NCBI GenBank assembly: GCA_964016885.1
Contig: OZ024741.1
Span: 29,016,001 to 29,080,000 of the forward strand
DNA length: 64,000 nucleotides
DNA from: Eledone cirrhosa
Lineage: Eukaryota
Direction of reading: 5' to 3'
Of the stretch, positions 1-13,195 are shown piece by piece. The notes under the pieces were generated by a model that saw only the letters and a list, made by a program, of their open reading frames with translations, did not search any database and had not been told where the DNA came from. Each line of letters starts with the position of its first letter. Position 1 is the stretch's first letter. Both the position numbers and the translations under genes were made by a program.

Positions 1-1180
1 AAACGTTGGTATTAAGGCAGGCACAGCAAACACATTGTGAATCACTGTTTTGTTGTGCGCAGGGAGTTCCGATGATCATATTTTTCTTAATCGGGTGTAA
101 TATTCCCTGGTTACGCGTTCCTTATTACAGATACCATTATAGAATATGTTCTCATCTATCCCCAGGTATCTGTAGCAGTCCTCATCAGATGTCGGTGAAA
201 CAGTTAGGCCATTGATAACAATGTTGCTAGATTGGGTTGTTGTTTTTCCCCGCTTTACAGTCATATATGAACATTCATCTTGACCAAACTCCATTCCTAT
301 ATCCTTTGAGAATGTTGAAACCAGGTCAAGATGTTTCTTCATCCCATCTATGTTCTTGGCATAGAGTTTCAGATCATCCACAAAGAAATTATGGGTTAGT
401 TTCGTATTTCTGTCCTCCTGTGAGCCAATGATGTATCCTTCACATTTCTTGAGAACAAAGGGCAAGGGGTTTAATGACAGGATAAATAGTATCACAGAGA
501 GATTGTCTCCTTGAAATATACCCCTGAGATATTCGTATGATTAGGAGTTGTTCAGCACACCCCCAAACCCCTTTCTTTCCAGCTGCTTGTTCATCTGTGA
601 TGATGTTATTATTTTCACAGTGATCTTGGAGGAATAGGTTCAGGCAGGCTGTATACATCTTATACATCAGGTTCTGGCATGCAATGGGTCGGTACATATT
701 TATATTATTTTTACGTTCAACAAATGTTGCTTGTTGGCGTAATTGTTTCGCTGTAATATGATTTAGTTCTGGATGTATTTCGTCCCAGTGTAGCTTCATA
801 TAGACAACGGAAGGATTTTTTTTGACATTTTATAGCAATTAAATAAATCATCATTAAGTTCGCAACTCTAAGAGAAATGCGATTTATAATTTCGGTTTCT
901 TCTGTAGCTACAACTGAATAACTTTTGTTTACCTTTCTCATTGTTTTGCTACGGTACTTCCTTAATGTTGTTGATGTTGTTGTGTTCACTCATGCTGTTT
1001 GTAGCAAATCCTTGTAAAATGAATTATGTATTTAGTCGGATATCTCTACGAATTCGAATAAAAGTTGTCTTCAGTGGATATAGTTAGAAGAATCCCTAGT
1101 CATTGAACATGACTGGTAGTTGTGGCATTACTGTCGGAGATCTTAAATTTAATGAATAGTGCGCCAAAATGTGCGATTCA
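1..1180 (-). mobile_element. Decayed R4/Dong-clade non-LTR retrotransposon fragment (N-terminal region and RT, internally deleted)
   Basis: ORFs 76-495 (FFVDDLKLY, GMEFGQDEC, YRYLG) and 440-799 (YRPIACQN, EQAAGKKGVWG) share motifs with the Dong-like ORFs at 13.3-16.4 kb and 18.7-21.9 kb. Runs off the window edge. Confidence 0.8.
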
Positions 1181-1187
1181 ATCATCA

Positions 1188-1832
<645 letters not shown>

Positions 1833-1868
1833 TTCTCTATCCACTGTTTTGTATAGAACCTTACTTCC

Positions 1869-1964
<96 letters not shown>

Positions 1965-1965
<1 letters not shown>

Positions 1966-2493
1966 TGTATGCATATCATTGCGATCTTGTAGCGCACACA
2001 GAGAATGATATGCAGCACATTTTGAATGTATTTTATGATGCTTGTACTGCTCTAGGATTGACTGTCAGTCTCAAGAAAACCGTCGTCATGTACCAACCTG
2101 CTCCTGGTAAGCAGTACACTGAACCAAATATCTATGTGTATGGTAAACGACTTGGTTGATCAGTTTGTCTACCTGGGAAGCACTGTCAATCGATACAGTA
2201 ATCTTGATAATGAAATTCCACCCAGGAATAGGAAAGCAAGTGATGCTTTCGGAAAGCTAGAAAGGCGCCTCTGGGGTCGGCGAAACATATGCAAGAAGGC
2301 AAAGGTAAAGGTGTACAAGGCATGTGAACTCTCTTCTCTTCTTTATGCCTGCGAGACCTGGGTCACATATCGACACCACCTTAAACAATTGGAGCGTTTC
2401 AATCAGGTGTGTCTCAGACGGATCCATGTCGTTCACTGGAGAGACCTTATCAGTGATGTCGAGATTTTGGAAAGCTCTCTCTGTGAAATATAG
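1965..2493 (+). mobile_element. RTE-clade LINE fragment (RT C-terminal part), frameshifted
   Basis: ORFs 1965-2159 and 2134-2493: ..ACTALGLTVSLKKT.., FVYLGS, AFGKLERRLW, LLYACETW, typical of the RTE RT/thumb region. Confidence 0.8.
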
Positions 2494-2589
2494 CAGGAAA
2501 ATATGATGACTATGGTCTGAATGTCAGTAGAACAATATACATTCGCTACTGAGGTGTATATATAGTTTCTACGAGCTGACGTGATCATA

Positions 2590-3022
2590 ATACAACATGC
2601 TTATGGCATAGAGTTACGGCCCTTTCTAATGCTCTTCGATTGGCAGTATCGGTAGAGAGTCGGACGCCATGCTTTTGACGCATAGAGTTACGGCTCTTGC
2701 CATTCTGAGTTCAAATCCTGCCGAGGTTAACTTTCCCTTTCATCCTTACGGGGTCGATAAAATAAAGTACCAGTAATGCACTGGGATAATTGCTGGCCTT
2801 GTGCCCAAAGAAGAAACAATTATGATTAAGAAAAAGAGCAGTAGATTGGCATTGTCATAGAACGTCGGACAACATGCTGTGCAGCATAGAGTTACGGCCT
2901 TTTCGTTCTCAGCTCAAATCCTGCCGAGGTTAACTTTGTCTTTCATCCTTACTGGGTCGATTTAGTCGACTTTTCCCCTCCCCGGAAATTGTTGGCCTTC
3001 TGCCTAAATCAGGAATCAATAT
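2590..3022 (+). mobile_element. Tandem copies of tRNA-derived SINE family A
   Basis: GATTGGCAGTATCGGTAG (A-box-like), GAGTTCAAATCC (B-box), CCTTTCATCCTTACGGGGTCGATAAAATAAAGTACCAG core and GGCCTTGTGCC..AGAAACAATT tail. Same sequence recurs many times in the window. Confidence 0.85.
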
Positions 3023-3377
3023 TACTGAAGCAATGTATCTGAAGGAGTTCTAGAACCTATAACAATATCCACACTAATATAATCAAACAATACCGTTTGG
3101 AAAGCCTTCTAATAAACTCCATTACAAAAACAATAACACTAATACTAATAACAATAACAACAAACACCAAGACCGGTAATATCTCAGTTTATAATATTTC
3201 AGATCTCAAATCTCTCTCTACAGAATACAATTAAGATTTCCTTCCCATATAAAAAGAAACCTTATAAACAGTATAAAAATAATTTATAAAAAAACTACAA
3301 CACAACATTAACGGCCTAAAGCACCATTATAGATTTAAATGGTGTTACTATCACAGGCGACATTGAGGAAACCTTTT

Positions 3378-3680
3378 TACAACAACAACAGTAACAACAA
3401 CAGTAACAACAACAGTAACAACAGTAACAACAGTAGCAACAGTAACAGCAGTAACAACAAGAGTGGCAACAACAACAGTAACAACATTAACAACAACAGT
3501 AACAACATTAACAACAACAGTAAGAACAACAACAGTAACAACAACAGTAGCAACAACAACAGTAACAACAGTAACAACAACAGTAACAACAACAGTAACA
3601 ACAACAACAGCAACAATAACAACAGTAACAACAACAGTAGCAACAACAACAACAACAAAAGCACCAATAATAATAATATA
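3378..3680. repeat. Compound (AAC)n/AGTAAC microsatellite ending in (AAT)n; left flank of the LINE nest
   Basis: Read directly from the sequence. Confidence 0.95.
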
Positions 3681-3682
3681 AT

Positions 3683-6600
3683 GATTTCTTTATTGGCCAC
3701 AAGGGCTGACATCAAGAAAAACATTACAGACGGCACAGGACGGTACGATGTGGGTTTTGTGCGTGTAAAGATTTTTATTATTTATATAAAAAAAGGAAAA
3801 AAAAGACATAGAAACATATATATAAACAATAAAAATGAAAATTGAAACAATGAAAAAATTCCCCAATAGGAGGGAACCTCTGAGGGTAACTCGTGGCGAA
3901 AACCGCACAAAAGACCACGGCCACCCTGACCACTAGGGCAAGTGCCCTCTCTCAATTTTTCCATTTATCAAACTACAGGCGTATATTCAGAGTGGTCCCG
4001 TTCACTCGGACCATTATCGCTACATTTACCCACCTTTCAACAAACTTGCTAGAAGGCAGCACTTGCCTCTCCACCTTAATTTTCCTCTTCAACTGAAGAA
4101 GTTAATTAGGGATTCGGCGAAGAGGAAAGTATCTGTCTTTAACCCTTTCAACCTTGTCCACCACACAATCTCTTTTGCCATGGCCACCAGGCAGATGAAA
4201 ACCGCCTGCCCTTCCTCCTCGAAGTCACCTCGTTTCAGTTTTTCTCCATCTGGAGGTCCGGTCCGAACTAGACCCCGAGCAATTTAACCGGTCCGTCCGT
4301 CCAATGCCCCACGACGCTGTCGGACGTCATGGACTTGCCTCTCCAGGTGCCGAGCTGCAAGCCCACCGACTTTTCCTGGTTTATCTTTGCTCCTGTCACC
4401 GCTTCGTATTCCTTGAGAGCGGTACCGAGCATCTGGACGTGTCTGGTGCTCGAAACCACCACGGTGATGTCGTCTGCGTAAGCTGACTCGGATTTCCCGC
4501 ATCCTAGTTCGCATGGGACGCTCCACATCGCCTCCAGTTTTTGCAGTAACGGCTCGAGAGCCAATACGTACAAGAGGGACGAGAGGGAACAACCCTGGCG
4601 GACCGAGCGCATGATGCTGAACGGCTGCGACAGGTGACCGTTCACTCACACAACTGAGCAGATGTCGCTAACACCTTGGCCAAAATATTCAACTTTGCGT
4701 TTAGCAGGGTTATGGGCCTAAAGTTATCGATAACATCCCCCTTGTTCGGGTCTTTTCTCAGCAGCGCCACCGCTCCCTGGCTCACAAAACTAGGAATGCT
4801 CCCGTTCTGCTGCCAGTTGCAGTAGACGTCTGCCAAGAGGTCACTGAACAAGTCTGGCATAAATGCATAAAGCTCGTAGGGCAGACCATCCAAACCTGGC
4901 GATTTACCCCTCGTACAGTTAGCCATCGCTTCCCGTATTTCCCCGGCTATTATTGGCTTTTCGCCGGTGGATTGGCAGTATCGGTAGAGGGTCGGACGCC
5001 ATGCTTTGCAGCAAAGACTTACGGCCCTTTATGGTCTGAGTTCAAATCCCGCTGAGGTCAACTTTGCCTTTCATCCTTACGGGGTCGATAAAATAAAGTA
5101 CCAGTAATGCACTGGGTAATTGCTGGCCTTGTGCCAAAAGTAGAAACAATTATTGGCTTTTCGCAACACTGTGCTGCGGTCGTCGAGAGCCGAAGCAGTC
5201 CATCGAGGTATGCACTGAAGTCCATACCCCGATCCGGCCCGCCGCTGCTCCCGAAAAGTTCAGCAAAGTGCTGCTGAAAAGCTTCACACATCTGCTCGGG
5301 TTCAAGCAACACGCGCCCGTTTTGTTGAAGGTGTTGTTGTTGTTGGCGGTGGTGTTGCCACCGGTGGTGATGGTAGTGCTAGTGTGGGTGGGGATGGTGT
5401 TGGTAGTGTTGCTGCTGTAAGTCTCTTTGCAGTAGCCTTTACCCTTTTTTCATTTCTTTCCTCCCTTTTCGAAGGCGACGATGCGCTGCTTCTGCGTTTG
5501 TGCCTTCTTGCGACTTTTTGCCATCCCCCTCCAACCTCACACTCCATGACCGATTCTGTGAGGTCGGGGAGGGGTACCAGCTCCACTCTTTCACTTGTTC
5601 TTGTTGGTGATGGTTGCAGTGGAGTCTCTGTTGCAGCTGCAGTTGGTATTACTGTTGTTGTTGTTAATACTTCCACAGCTGCTGCTGTTCTTGATTTCCG
5701 TGGCGTGGGTATGGGTGCCACGGATCTATCCTTGCTGCTTGCCGCCTGTCCTGTTGCTGGTAGCAGTGGAGCTGGTTTCGGAAGGAGGGGGATTTTCTCC
5801 TTTCTCAGGGTCTTCTCATTGCAGAAGGCCCTGAGGTGAGTCTTCGACCCACAGCGAAAGCATTTCGGGCGTTTGTCCTCAACACTTATGGGAAGTTGAG
5901 TGCCGTTATCGAAGTCTATCACATCCTGGATAGCTTCGATGCACTCCTGGTTGGTTTGAATTTACATCTCAATGGAGGCGCCGACCCAATCTTCTCGTAC
6001 TTTTTTCTGCACTTACAGTACGGTTGTTTTGTCCTCGATTCCGACGAGGACAGACCCGGCCAGCCAAGAAGAGGACATAATTTTTTGCCCGCAGCAGGAG
6101 GGCACCAACACCATTTCCTCGCTCCTTAGGGTCACAAAGGATTGAGCCTTTGCTTCCTAGGGGGTGCCAAAAAGCACATCCACGGTGGTATATTTCTTGC
6201 CTCGGGTGATATGCATTTTCCGCTGCCACACAGACCCTAAGGCTTTTTGTATTTGAGCCTCTGTGGCTCTTTCAACCCTACGTAATTTTGTGCTTACTGT
6301 ACGGTACGTGACCGTACAGTGCTGTTAGGTTTCGAAAAATTCTTCGGCTACCTTGCAGATTGCTCGGTGTCCGGTTTTCGTCACCATCTTCTTTGCTTCC
6401 TGTAATTCCTCATTTGTTATAAGGATGGTTTCCAGGTTCTTTGCGATACCTGTAAACGAGATTGGTTTTTCTTTGTTGTTGTTGTTGTTGTCGTCGTCAG
6501 AGCTGCTGTTACTTTTGTTGTTGCTGCTGGTACTACGACTGCCGCCGCCGCTGTTACTGTGGTTGTTGTTGTTGTTGCTGCTGCTGTTGTTGCTGTTGCT

Positions 6601-7187
6601 GCTGCTACTGTTGTTGTTTATGCTGCTGCTGATTTTGTTGCGGCTGCTACTAGTATTTTCCTCGCCACTGTTGCTGCTACTGCTGTTATAACGGCTCCTG
6701 CTGCTATTCTTCATGACGTCAGACGAATGAAATGGCTTTCCGTATTTACCGCACACATCTTTCGTTGTTGTCGTCGTCGTGGAGAAATGTTCCACGGTAC
6801 GCGCGTTCTCTTGATGAAGAACGCTACGAGAAACTACATTTTTCTTTTTCTTTAATGGCGTCGCCACATTTAGAGAAGGGAGGGAGACAGACAATCTTTT
6901 CTCTGACGTAATGACGATTGAGGAAGAAGACGGAAGGAGTGGGAGTGACATGTGAAAATTCTTTTTTGTAGCCATGTTTTTTTTTACGGTTTAAAATGAA
7001 TATTGGGCACAAAACCCGAATAACTGGTTATTTAACCCCGAAGGGCCAAATAACGGGCAGAAAGACCCCCACGAGGAGGAGGGTGTCTTTATCTACAATT
7101 TGGTTCAAGTTATAAATAATTTACAATTGTTATAACAGTTAAAAATTACTATACCTTACAGAGCCGAGCCTCCGTCAACCATGGCAT

Positions 7188-7189
<2 letters not shown>
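3683..7189 (-). mobile_element. Tx1-clade LINE, copy 1 (divergent subfamily; both ends present, large internal deletions)
   Basis: ORF1 pieces 6325-6975 and 5302-5922 with zinc knuckle CFRCGSKTHLRAFC. ORF2 pieces 5058-5312, 4642-4926 (GKSPGLDG) and 4268-4645 (RQGCSLS, SAYADD). 3' UTR with AATAAA homologous to copy 2. (AAT)n on both sides. Confidence 0.9.
4965..5148 (+). mobile_element. SINE family A inserted into Tx1 copy 1 with a 16-bp target-site duplication
   Basis: ATTATTGGCTTTTCGC at 4949-4964 and 5149-5164 flanks a near-full SINE. Confidence 0.92.

Positions 7190-7276
<87 letters not shown>
7190..7276. repeat. (AAT)n spacer between Tx1 copies 1 and 2
   Basis: Read directly from the sequence. 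Confidence 0.98.
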
Positions 7277-7277
<1 letters not shown>

Positions 7278-7520
7278 TTTTCTTTATTAACCACAAGGGT
7301 TCACATAAAGTAGACATTAAGGACAGTACAGGACAATACAGGACGGTACAAATGGGAATTTCTGCGTGTAAAAAAAACAGAGGTTGAAATAAAATAACAA
7401 AGAAAAATTCCCCAATAGGGGGGAGACTTCCAAGGGACATTTGTGGAGAAAGCCCATTAAAAGACCACAGTGGCCCAGACCACCAGGGCAAGTGCCCTCT
7501 CCCAGTTTTCCACCTTTAAT

Positions 7521-10500
7521 TTACAGACACATACTCAGAGAAGGCCCATTCATTCGGGCCATACTTGCTTCTCTCACCCATCTTTCAACAAAATGCTGGG
7601 AAGAGAGCACTTCCCTCTCTACCCTGACTTTCCTTTTCAAATGAAATTTGAAAAAGTTAATCAGGGCATCACCGAAGAGGTAAGTGCTCGTCTTCAGCCC
7701 TTTCAAACGTGTCCACCATACTATCTCTTTCGCCATGGCCACCAGACAGATAAAAACTGCCTGCCCTTCCAGGCTAAAGGAAGGGGGCGGGGCAATCCTC
7801 ACGATGGACTCAGCTGATAGCTGGATAGGTCCTACACGTGACAGCAGGTGTTCGACATAAACCCACAAGTCAGCAATGCTCGGACACTGGACGAGTGCGT
7901 GCAGGACGGTTTCGTCGCCCTGCGCGCATCTCGGACATACCCGGCTGACGGCACCTCCATGCCTGTAGAGTTTATCCCGAACTGGCAAAGCTCCTCGGTA
8001 GCACTGCCAGGCCAGGGATTTCTGGAAGTTGTCCATAGGCCCCGGCCCGAAAGTCCTTCCGAAGAGATTGGCTAGTTGATTTTCGTCGACGCCTAGAGTT
8101 TCTCCAAGTACGTCGTCGCTCTTCCCCTCCACTAATCCCCTATAGAACGCCAAGGTGGAGTTTCCACCGATCACATTGCCCGATTGGTCGAGGGCTGTGA
8201 GCGCCTCAAGACATTCCAGTCTCCAAGCGCTCCCTCTCGGTCTTCGCTTGACCCAGGACTGCAGCTCCGTCAAGGAGACGAGCTGGGGAAAAACGTGTCT
8301 TGCAAACGGCGACCACACCTGATCACCGTCGAGGAAGAGGTGGAGATATCGTAGCCTGAGCGCGTGTCTGCGCATCATCAGCCACGGCTTGCCCAGCCCT
8401 CCACGTAGCGGGTGTTGACAGCAGATGGACCGCCTGACCATCGGAGCGCGTCCCTTCCACAAGAAGCGAAAGAGCAAACGCTCCAACGCAGTCAGGCGGG
8501 GCTTAGGACAAGGTACGACGGTCAGGCGGTAGTAGATGACGGATGCGATGTACGCATTCGCCACCTCCGCTCGACCTTTCAGGGATAGCTTCCTCTCGGC
8601 CCATTTCTGGGTAAGAGAAGCCACCCTGCTCGTCACCTCGTCCCAGTTTTTGTCCGTCTGGAGGTCTGGACCGAACCAGACCCCTAGCAATTTAACCGGT
8701 CCGTCCGTCCAGCGCCCGACGACGCTGTTGGACGGCATGGACCTGCCACTCCAGGTGCCGAGCTGCAGGCCCACTGACTTTTCCTGGTTGATCATTGCTC
8801 CTGTCACCGCTTCGTATTCTCTTAGTGTAGTGCCGATCGCCTCGATGTGTTTGGCGTTCGACACCACTACGGTGACATCGTCGGCATATGCTGACACGGA
8901 TCCTCCGCACCCTAGTTCGCGCGGGACCCCCCTCAACGTCTCCAGTTTGTGCAGTAATGGCTCGAGAGTCAATACGTACAATAGGGACGAGAGGGGACAT
9001 CCTTGGCGGACCGAGCGCATGATGTTGAACGGTTCCGAAAGGTGACCGTTCACTCTCACTACAGAGCAGATGTCGCTGTGCATGGCAGCGATCCAGCCTC
9101 TGAAGACGGGCCCAAAGCCAGCCGCCCTCAGGACTGCCGCTAGGTAACGATGGTCGACCCTATCGAAGGCTTTCGACTGATCTAAATTGATCAAAGACCC
9201 ACCCGTGCCAGGTTCCCTAGCTACCCTCTCTACGATGTATCGCATGAGGTGGAGGTTGTCGTGGATGGATCTGTCGGGAATGGCACATGTCTGTGCCTCT
9301 CCCACCAGACCATCAACGACAAGCGCCAACCTCTTTGCTAGCACCTTGGCCAACATCTTGAACTCTGTGTTTAGCAGAGTTATGGGCCTAAAATTATCTA
9401 AGTTATCCCCCTTGTTCGGATCCTTTCTCAGCAGCGCCACCGCTCCTCGGCTCACAGAGCTGGGAATTCTCCCGTTCTGTTGCCAGTTGCAGTAGACGTC
9501 CGCCAAGAGGCCTCCGAACAAGTTTGGCATTTGTACGTAAAGTTCATAGGGCAGACCATCCAAACCAGGCGATTTACCCCTTGTGCAACTAGTCATTGCA
9601 TCCCGTACTTCAGCGGTTGTTATCGGCTTTTCGCAACACTCCGCCTCAGTGGCCGAAAGCCGCGGCAGTCCGTCGAGGTAGACACTAAAGTCCATCCCTC
9701 GATCCGGCCCGCCACTGCCCCCGAACAGTTGAGCGAAGTGTCGCTGAAAAGCTTCACACATTTGCTCGGGATCGAGTAGCATGCGCCCGTCGTGGTCCAC
9801 CAAAGACCGGATCGTGGCTTTGTTGCCACGACGCGCCTCCGCCACTCGGGCCCATTGAACGGCTTTCGTCCCCTCGTGTCTGAGAGCACGCACCCTAGCT
9901 CTGACAACGCAGCCTTCGTGCTTTGCATTGAAGAATTGGTCAAAGGCCAATTTCGCCGCAAGTACGTCAGTCGCGATGCCTTTGCTAAGCGCCTCATCTA
10001 ATTTTCTAACTAATTCTCCCTCTGCTCTATTTTTCTCTATTGCTAAAGTCTTACTAAACCTAATGCACTCTATTCTAATTGCTCTTTTCAGAGCAAACCA
10101 CCACTTGTTGTTGACGATGGCCCCCGTCAACGCCCGCTTAACTAGTTCGCTAATCCGGTCTCTGTAGGCCTTGCGCGCTGGTAAGGACGCGTTTAGCTTC
10201 CAGTAGCCGGGTCCTTGTCTATGAAGCCTATCTAAGTCAAGCACACAGATCACGAATTTGTGGTCCGTGTAGCTGACTATCTTGAATTGTGGACAGCCTA
10301 TGCTAGACCTATCTATTTCCCTACAAAATACTCTATCTAGATATGATCTGGATGACTCTATGCGATTTGTCCAAGTCCACATTGGTACATTCGGGAAATC
10401 CATTCGGTACCTGTCAGACAGTTCAAAACGTCTGAGCAGGTTGGTGAGACTCTTGCACCCTCCTTCCCTATCCACTAATCCCACACAATCCCAGCGTGCA

Positions 10501-10908
10501 TCTAAGATCCCGTTTCAGTCGCCCACTAACACTAAAGAGCGGGACGTTCCAAGAAAGGTCTCCTGTCGGGGCATAGACGGCCACTAACCTGAAAGCTTGC
10601 CCGTCTCCGCTGGTCACGTCCAGCACCACCAACTTACCTTCTGGGTCCAGGAAGATGGCCCGTATGGCAAGATCCAAACCTCTCCGAAAAAGCACAGCAA
10701 CTCCTCCCCCCGATCCCGGACGGCTGGGAGATGCGTACACATCGTAGCCGCCGAAGATCGGTGCGAAAGCCTGTGCTTCGGAGATTCTGGTCTCGCTGAT
10801 GGCCACTACATCTATGTTTAGTGACCTGAGGTCGTTGAGCAGGTGGCCCTGCTTCCATGATGACCCCAAGCCACGCGCATTTATGCTGCCTATTCTGAGT
10901 GAGGTCAT
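7521..10908 (-). pseudogene. Tx1 ORF2: APE endonuclease + reverse transcriptase + C-terminal CCHC finger, broken in the endonuclease domain
   Basis: 10468-10908: SINARGL, AISET, VYAP. 7521-10484: SYLDR, TDHK, GYWKLN, GKSPGLDG, LDQSKAFDRV, RQGCPLS, YADD, CPRC..HALVQC. Small deletion/frameshift near 10560 and GD*N stop near 10516. Confidence 0.93.
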
Positions 10909-10942
10909 GTTGAAAAGGAGTGGAAAAGATGGGAAAGACCAC

Positions 10943-12948
10943 TTACCTTACTTCTCGTAGGGGAAGGACGGTTTTTCCATCCTTTTCACTGCTTGTGGCC
11001 TCCTCAGGAAGGATGTCCTTATAAATCCTCCTGGAGAGTGCTTGTCGGAAGTCTCCGATGTCTTTGGGGAATTTTTGTTTTAGTGTCATGTACGTTTTCT
11101 GTGTGATGCGAGTGATTTGTATGTGTGGAGGTGGTGTGAATTTTGGGGTTGTTGTGTAGTCTTTTTCTTTGATGCTGGTGTTGTGTTGGATGTAGTGTAA
11201 TAATTGCTTGTTGTTCAAATTTAATGCTGTGTAGTATGTATCGTTTTGGTTGTTTTGTTTTGTTTGCGTTTGTTGTGGGTTTGTTTCTGTTTCGCATTTT
11301 GGTGACTTTTGTGGTGTAGGTGATGGTGGTGTTGGAGTTAATGATGGTGATGGTGTTGGTGTTTGGGTTGATGGGGTTGGTGATGCTGGTGTGGATGGTG
11401 GCATATCTGTCCTTAATTTTTTGTTTCTTAGTTTATTTGTTTCCCTCTGTATTTTGTTTTTGGAGGGGGAAGGAAGAGAATTTTTTCTTTTTTGGTTTCT
11501 TTTTTTTTTCCGGATATCGTTTCCCACTCCTCGTCGTCACAATCTGTCTCCAGTTGTGATAGGCCGGGGAGTGGAAAATCCTCCACAGGCGTTAGTTTTG
11601 GTTGTGGCGTGGTGGATGGTGTAGGCGCTGGTGCTAGTTCTGAAGCGTTGGGTGGTGGTGGTGTTGGTTTTGCTGGTGGTGGTGGTGGTGTTGGTTTTGC
11701 TACTGTTGCTGGGGTTGTTGCTGTTATAGTTGCTTCTGTTGCTGCTGCTACAGTTGTTGCTGCCATCTCTGCTACTGGTGGTGTTGATGGTTGTGTCACT
11801 GGGGTGGGTAGGAGAGGTGGCCTCAACCTTTTAGCCTGAGGGCAGAAAGCCCTTAGGTGGGTTCCTTCACCACAAACGACACACCTAGGTCTTCTGCCCT
11901 CGACAATTACCGTGAGGTGGCTGCCGTCAGTGAGGTCTATTACCTCTGGGATCTCCTCAATGCTTTTTTGGTCCGCTTGGATCAGGCGCTCCATCCCAGA
12001 TCCGGACCAGTTCTCCTGCTTTTCTTTTGCTATTGTTATTATTTTTGTGTTGTCTTCGATGCCGGCGAGGACGGCCGCTATTAGCCAGGGAATTTCGATG
12101 GCCGGTGGAACGTGGGTCACCCTGATCTTTACGAGTCTCTGGCCACAATAGCTTGGGACGAGTGTGAAGTCGTCACTTCTTAATGGGGCCATGGAGTGTT
12201 CTCTAGCCTCCTCTGGTGTTTCAAAGAACACGTCCACGGTTCCATACTTCTGCCCACGTCTGATGTGGGTTTTTCTTGCCCACACATATCCCAAAGCTTT
12301 TTGGATTTGGGACTCGGATGCCCGTTCCACACGGCGCGATTTTACATTTATTATCCGATACGACACTGTGCACATGCGCCGATGCTCCATTTTATTAGGT
12401 GGGGGGGGAGGGAGAGGCTGACCCTGTACCCATCTTTCTTTACCATTTGTTTGGTATTTTCTAAATCCTCCTGAGTTACCGTAAATGCTTCGAACTGCTT
12501 TGCTACCCTGGCGAAACTGAGGAGGGGGGGGGGGGTTTATAATGTCATTGTTGTTGTTGTTGCTATCGTTATTTGTGTTAATATTAATTTTAGTTTCAGT
12601 TGTGGTGGTGGTGACGTCAGTCGTCTTTGGTGGGGAAGAGTCCATTTTGCTTGATTTCTTTTCGACATCACGAGTTAATTTATTTTTTTCTTCTTTTGTT
12701 TCTGTTGTCGCGGTGGTGGTGGGGGTGGTGGTTGTCGCGGTGGTGGTGGTGGTGGAGGCTTTAACACCTGCAGTCATTGGTAATGGCGGGAAATGAATGT
12801 CTGCCTGAGACAAAATTAAAATATTGCTACTGCTTATATTTTTTTTTGTGTTGGCAAACGTAGTAACATTTACAATGGTGGTGTCGGTGGGAGGTGTTAT
12901 TTTGTGAGGAAGGCTTTCAGCTGCTTCGTGCAGAGGTGAATTATCCAT
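10943..12948 (-). pseudogene. Tx1 ORF1 (gag-like, zinc knuckle), split by a frameshift near an A-run
   Basis: ORF 11428-12948 contains CVVCGEGTHLRAFC and Thr/Pro-rich tracts. ORF 10943-11527 continues in another frame just upstream of ORF2. Confidence 0.85.
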
Positions 12949-13158
12949 TTTTTTTTCAAAGAAATTTTTTGATAATAATAAAAGTTAAAATTTTGGGCTC
13001 AAGGCCCCAATCTTTTTGGGTGTCCTTTTCGGAAAACAATGTATGTGCGCTTATATATAGTTAACAATAAAAATTTTCCATAAATGGCAATTTTTAACAA
13101 ACGGAAATAACAAACCTTTGCGGAGCTCACGATGATACGATTTACTACGTAGGTCGCC

Positions 13159-13194
<36 letters not shown>
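13159..13194. repeat. (AAT)n spacer between head-to-head Tx1 and Dong-like elements
   Basis: Read directly from the sequence. Confidence 0.98.

Positions 13195-13195
<1 letters not shown>

Larger units (their letters stand above)
7277..13158 (-). mobile_element. Near-full-length Tx1-clade LINE, copy 2 (ORF1 + APE-RT-zinc finger ORF2)
   Basis: Two-ORF layout. 3' end ..CCTTGTGGTTAATAAAGAAAAC runs into (ATT)n, and the 5' end abuts (ATT)n at 13159. Confidence 0.95.

Noticed and set aside
2636-2822. tRNA genes
   Set aside because: The A/B-box-like motifs belong to SINE heads that continue into a non-tRNA core and tail, and no cloverleaf forms.
10468-10600. Programmed frameshift between the Tx1 endonuclease and RT ORFs
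   Set aside because: Residues are missing after VYAPTG and the downstream frame has a stop in GDWN, which indicates mutational damage rather than recoding.
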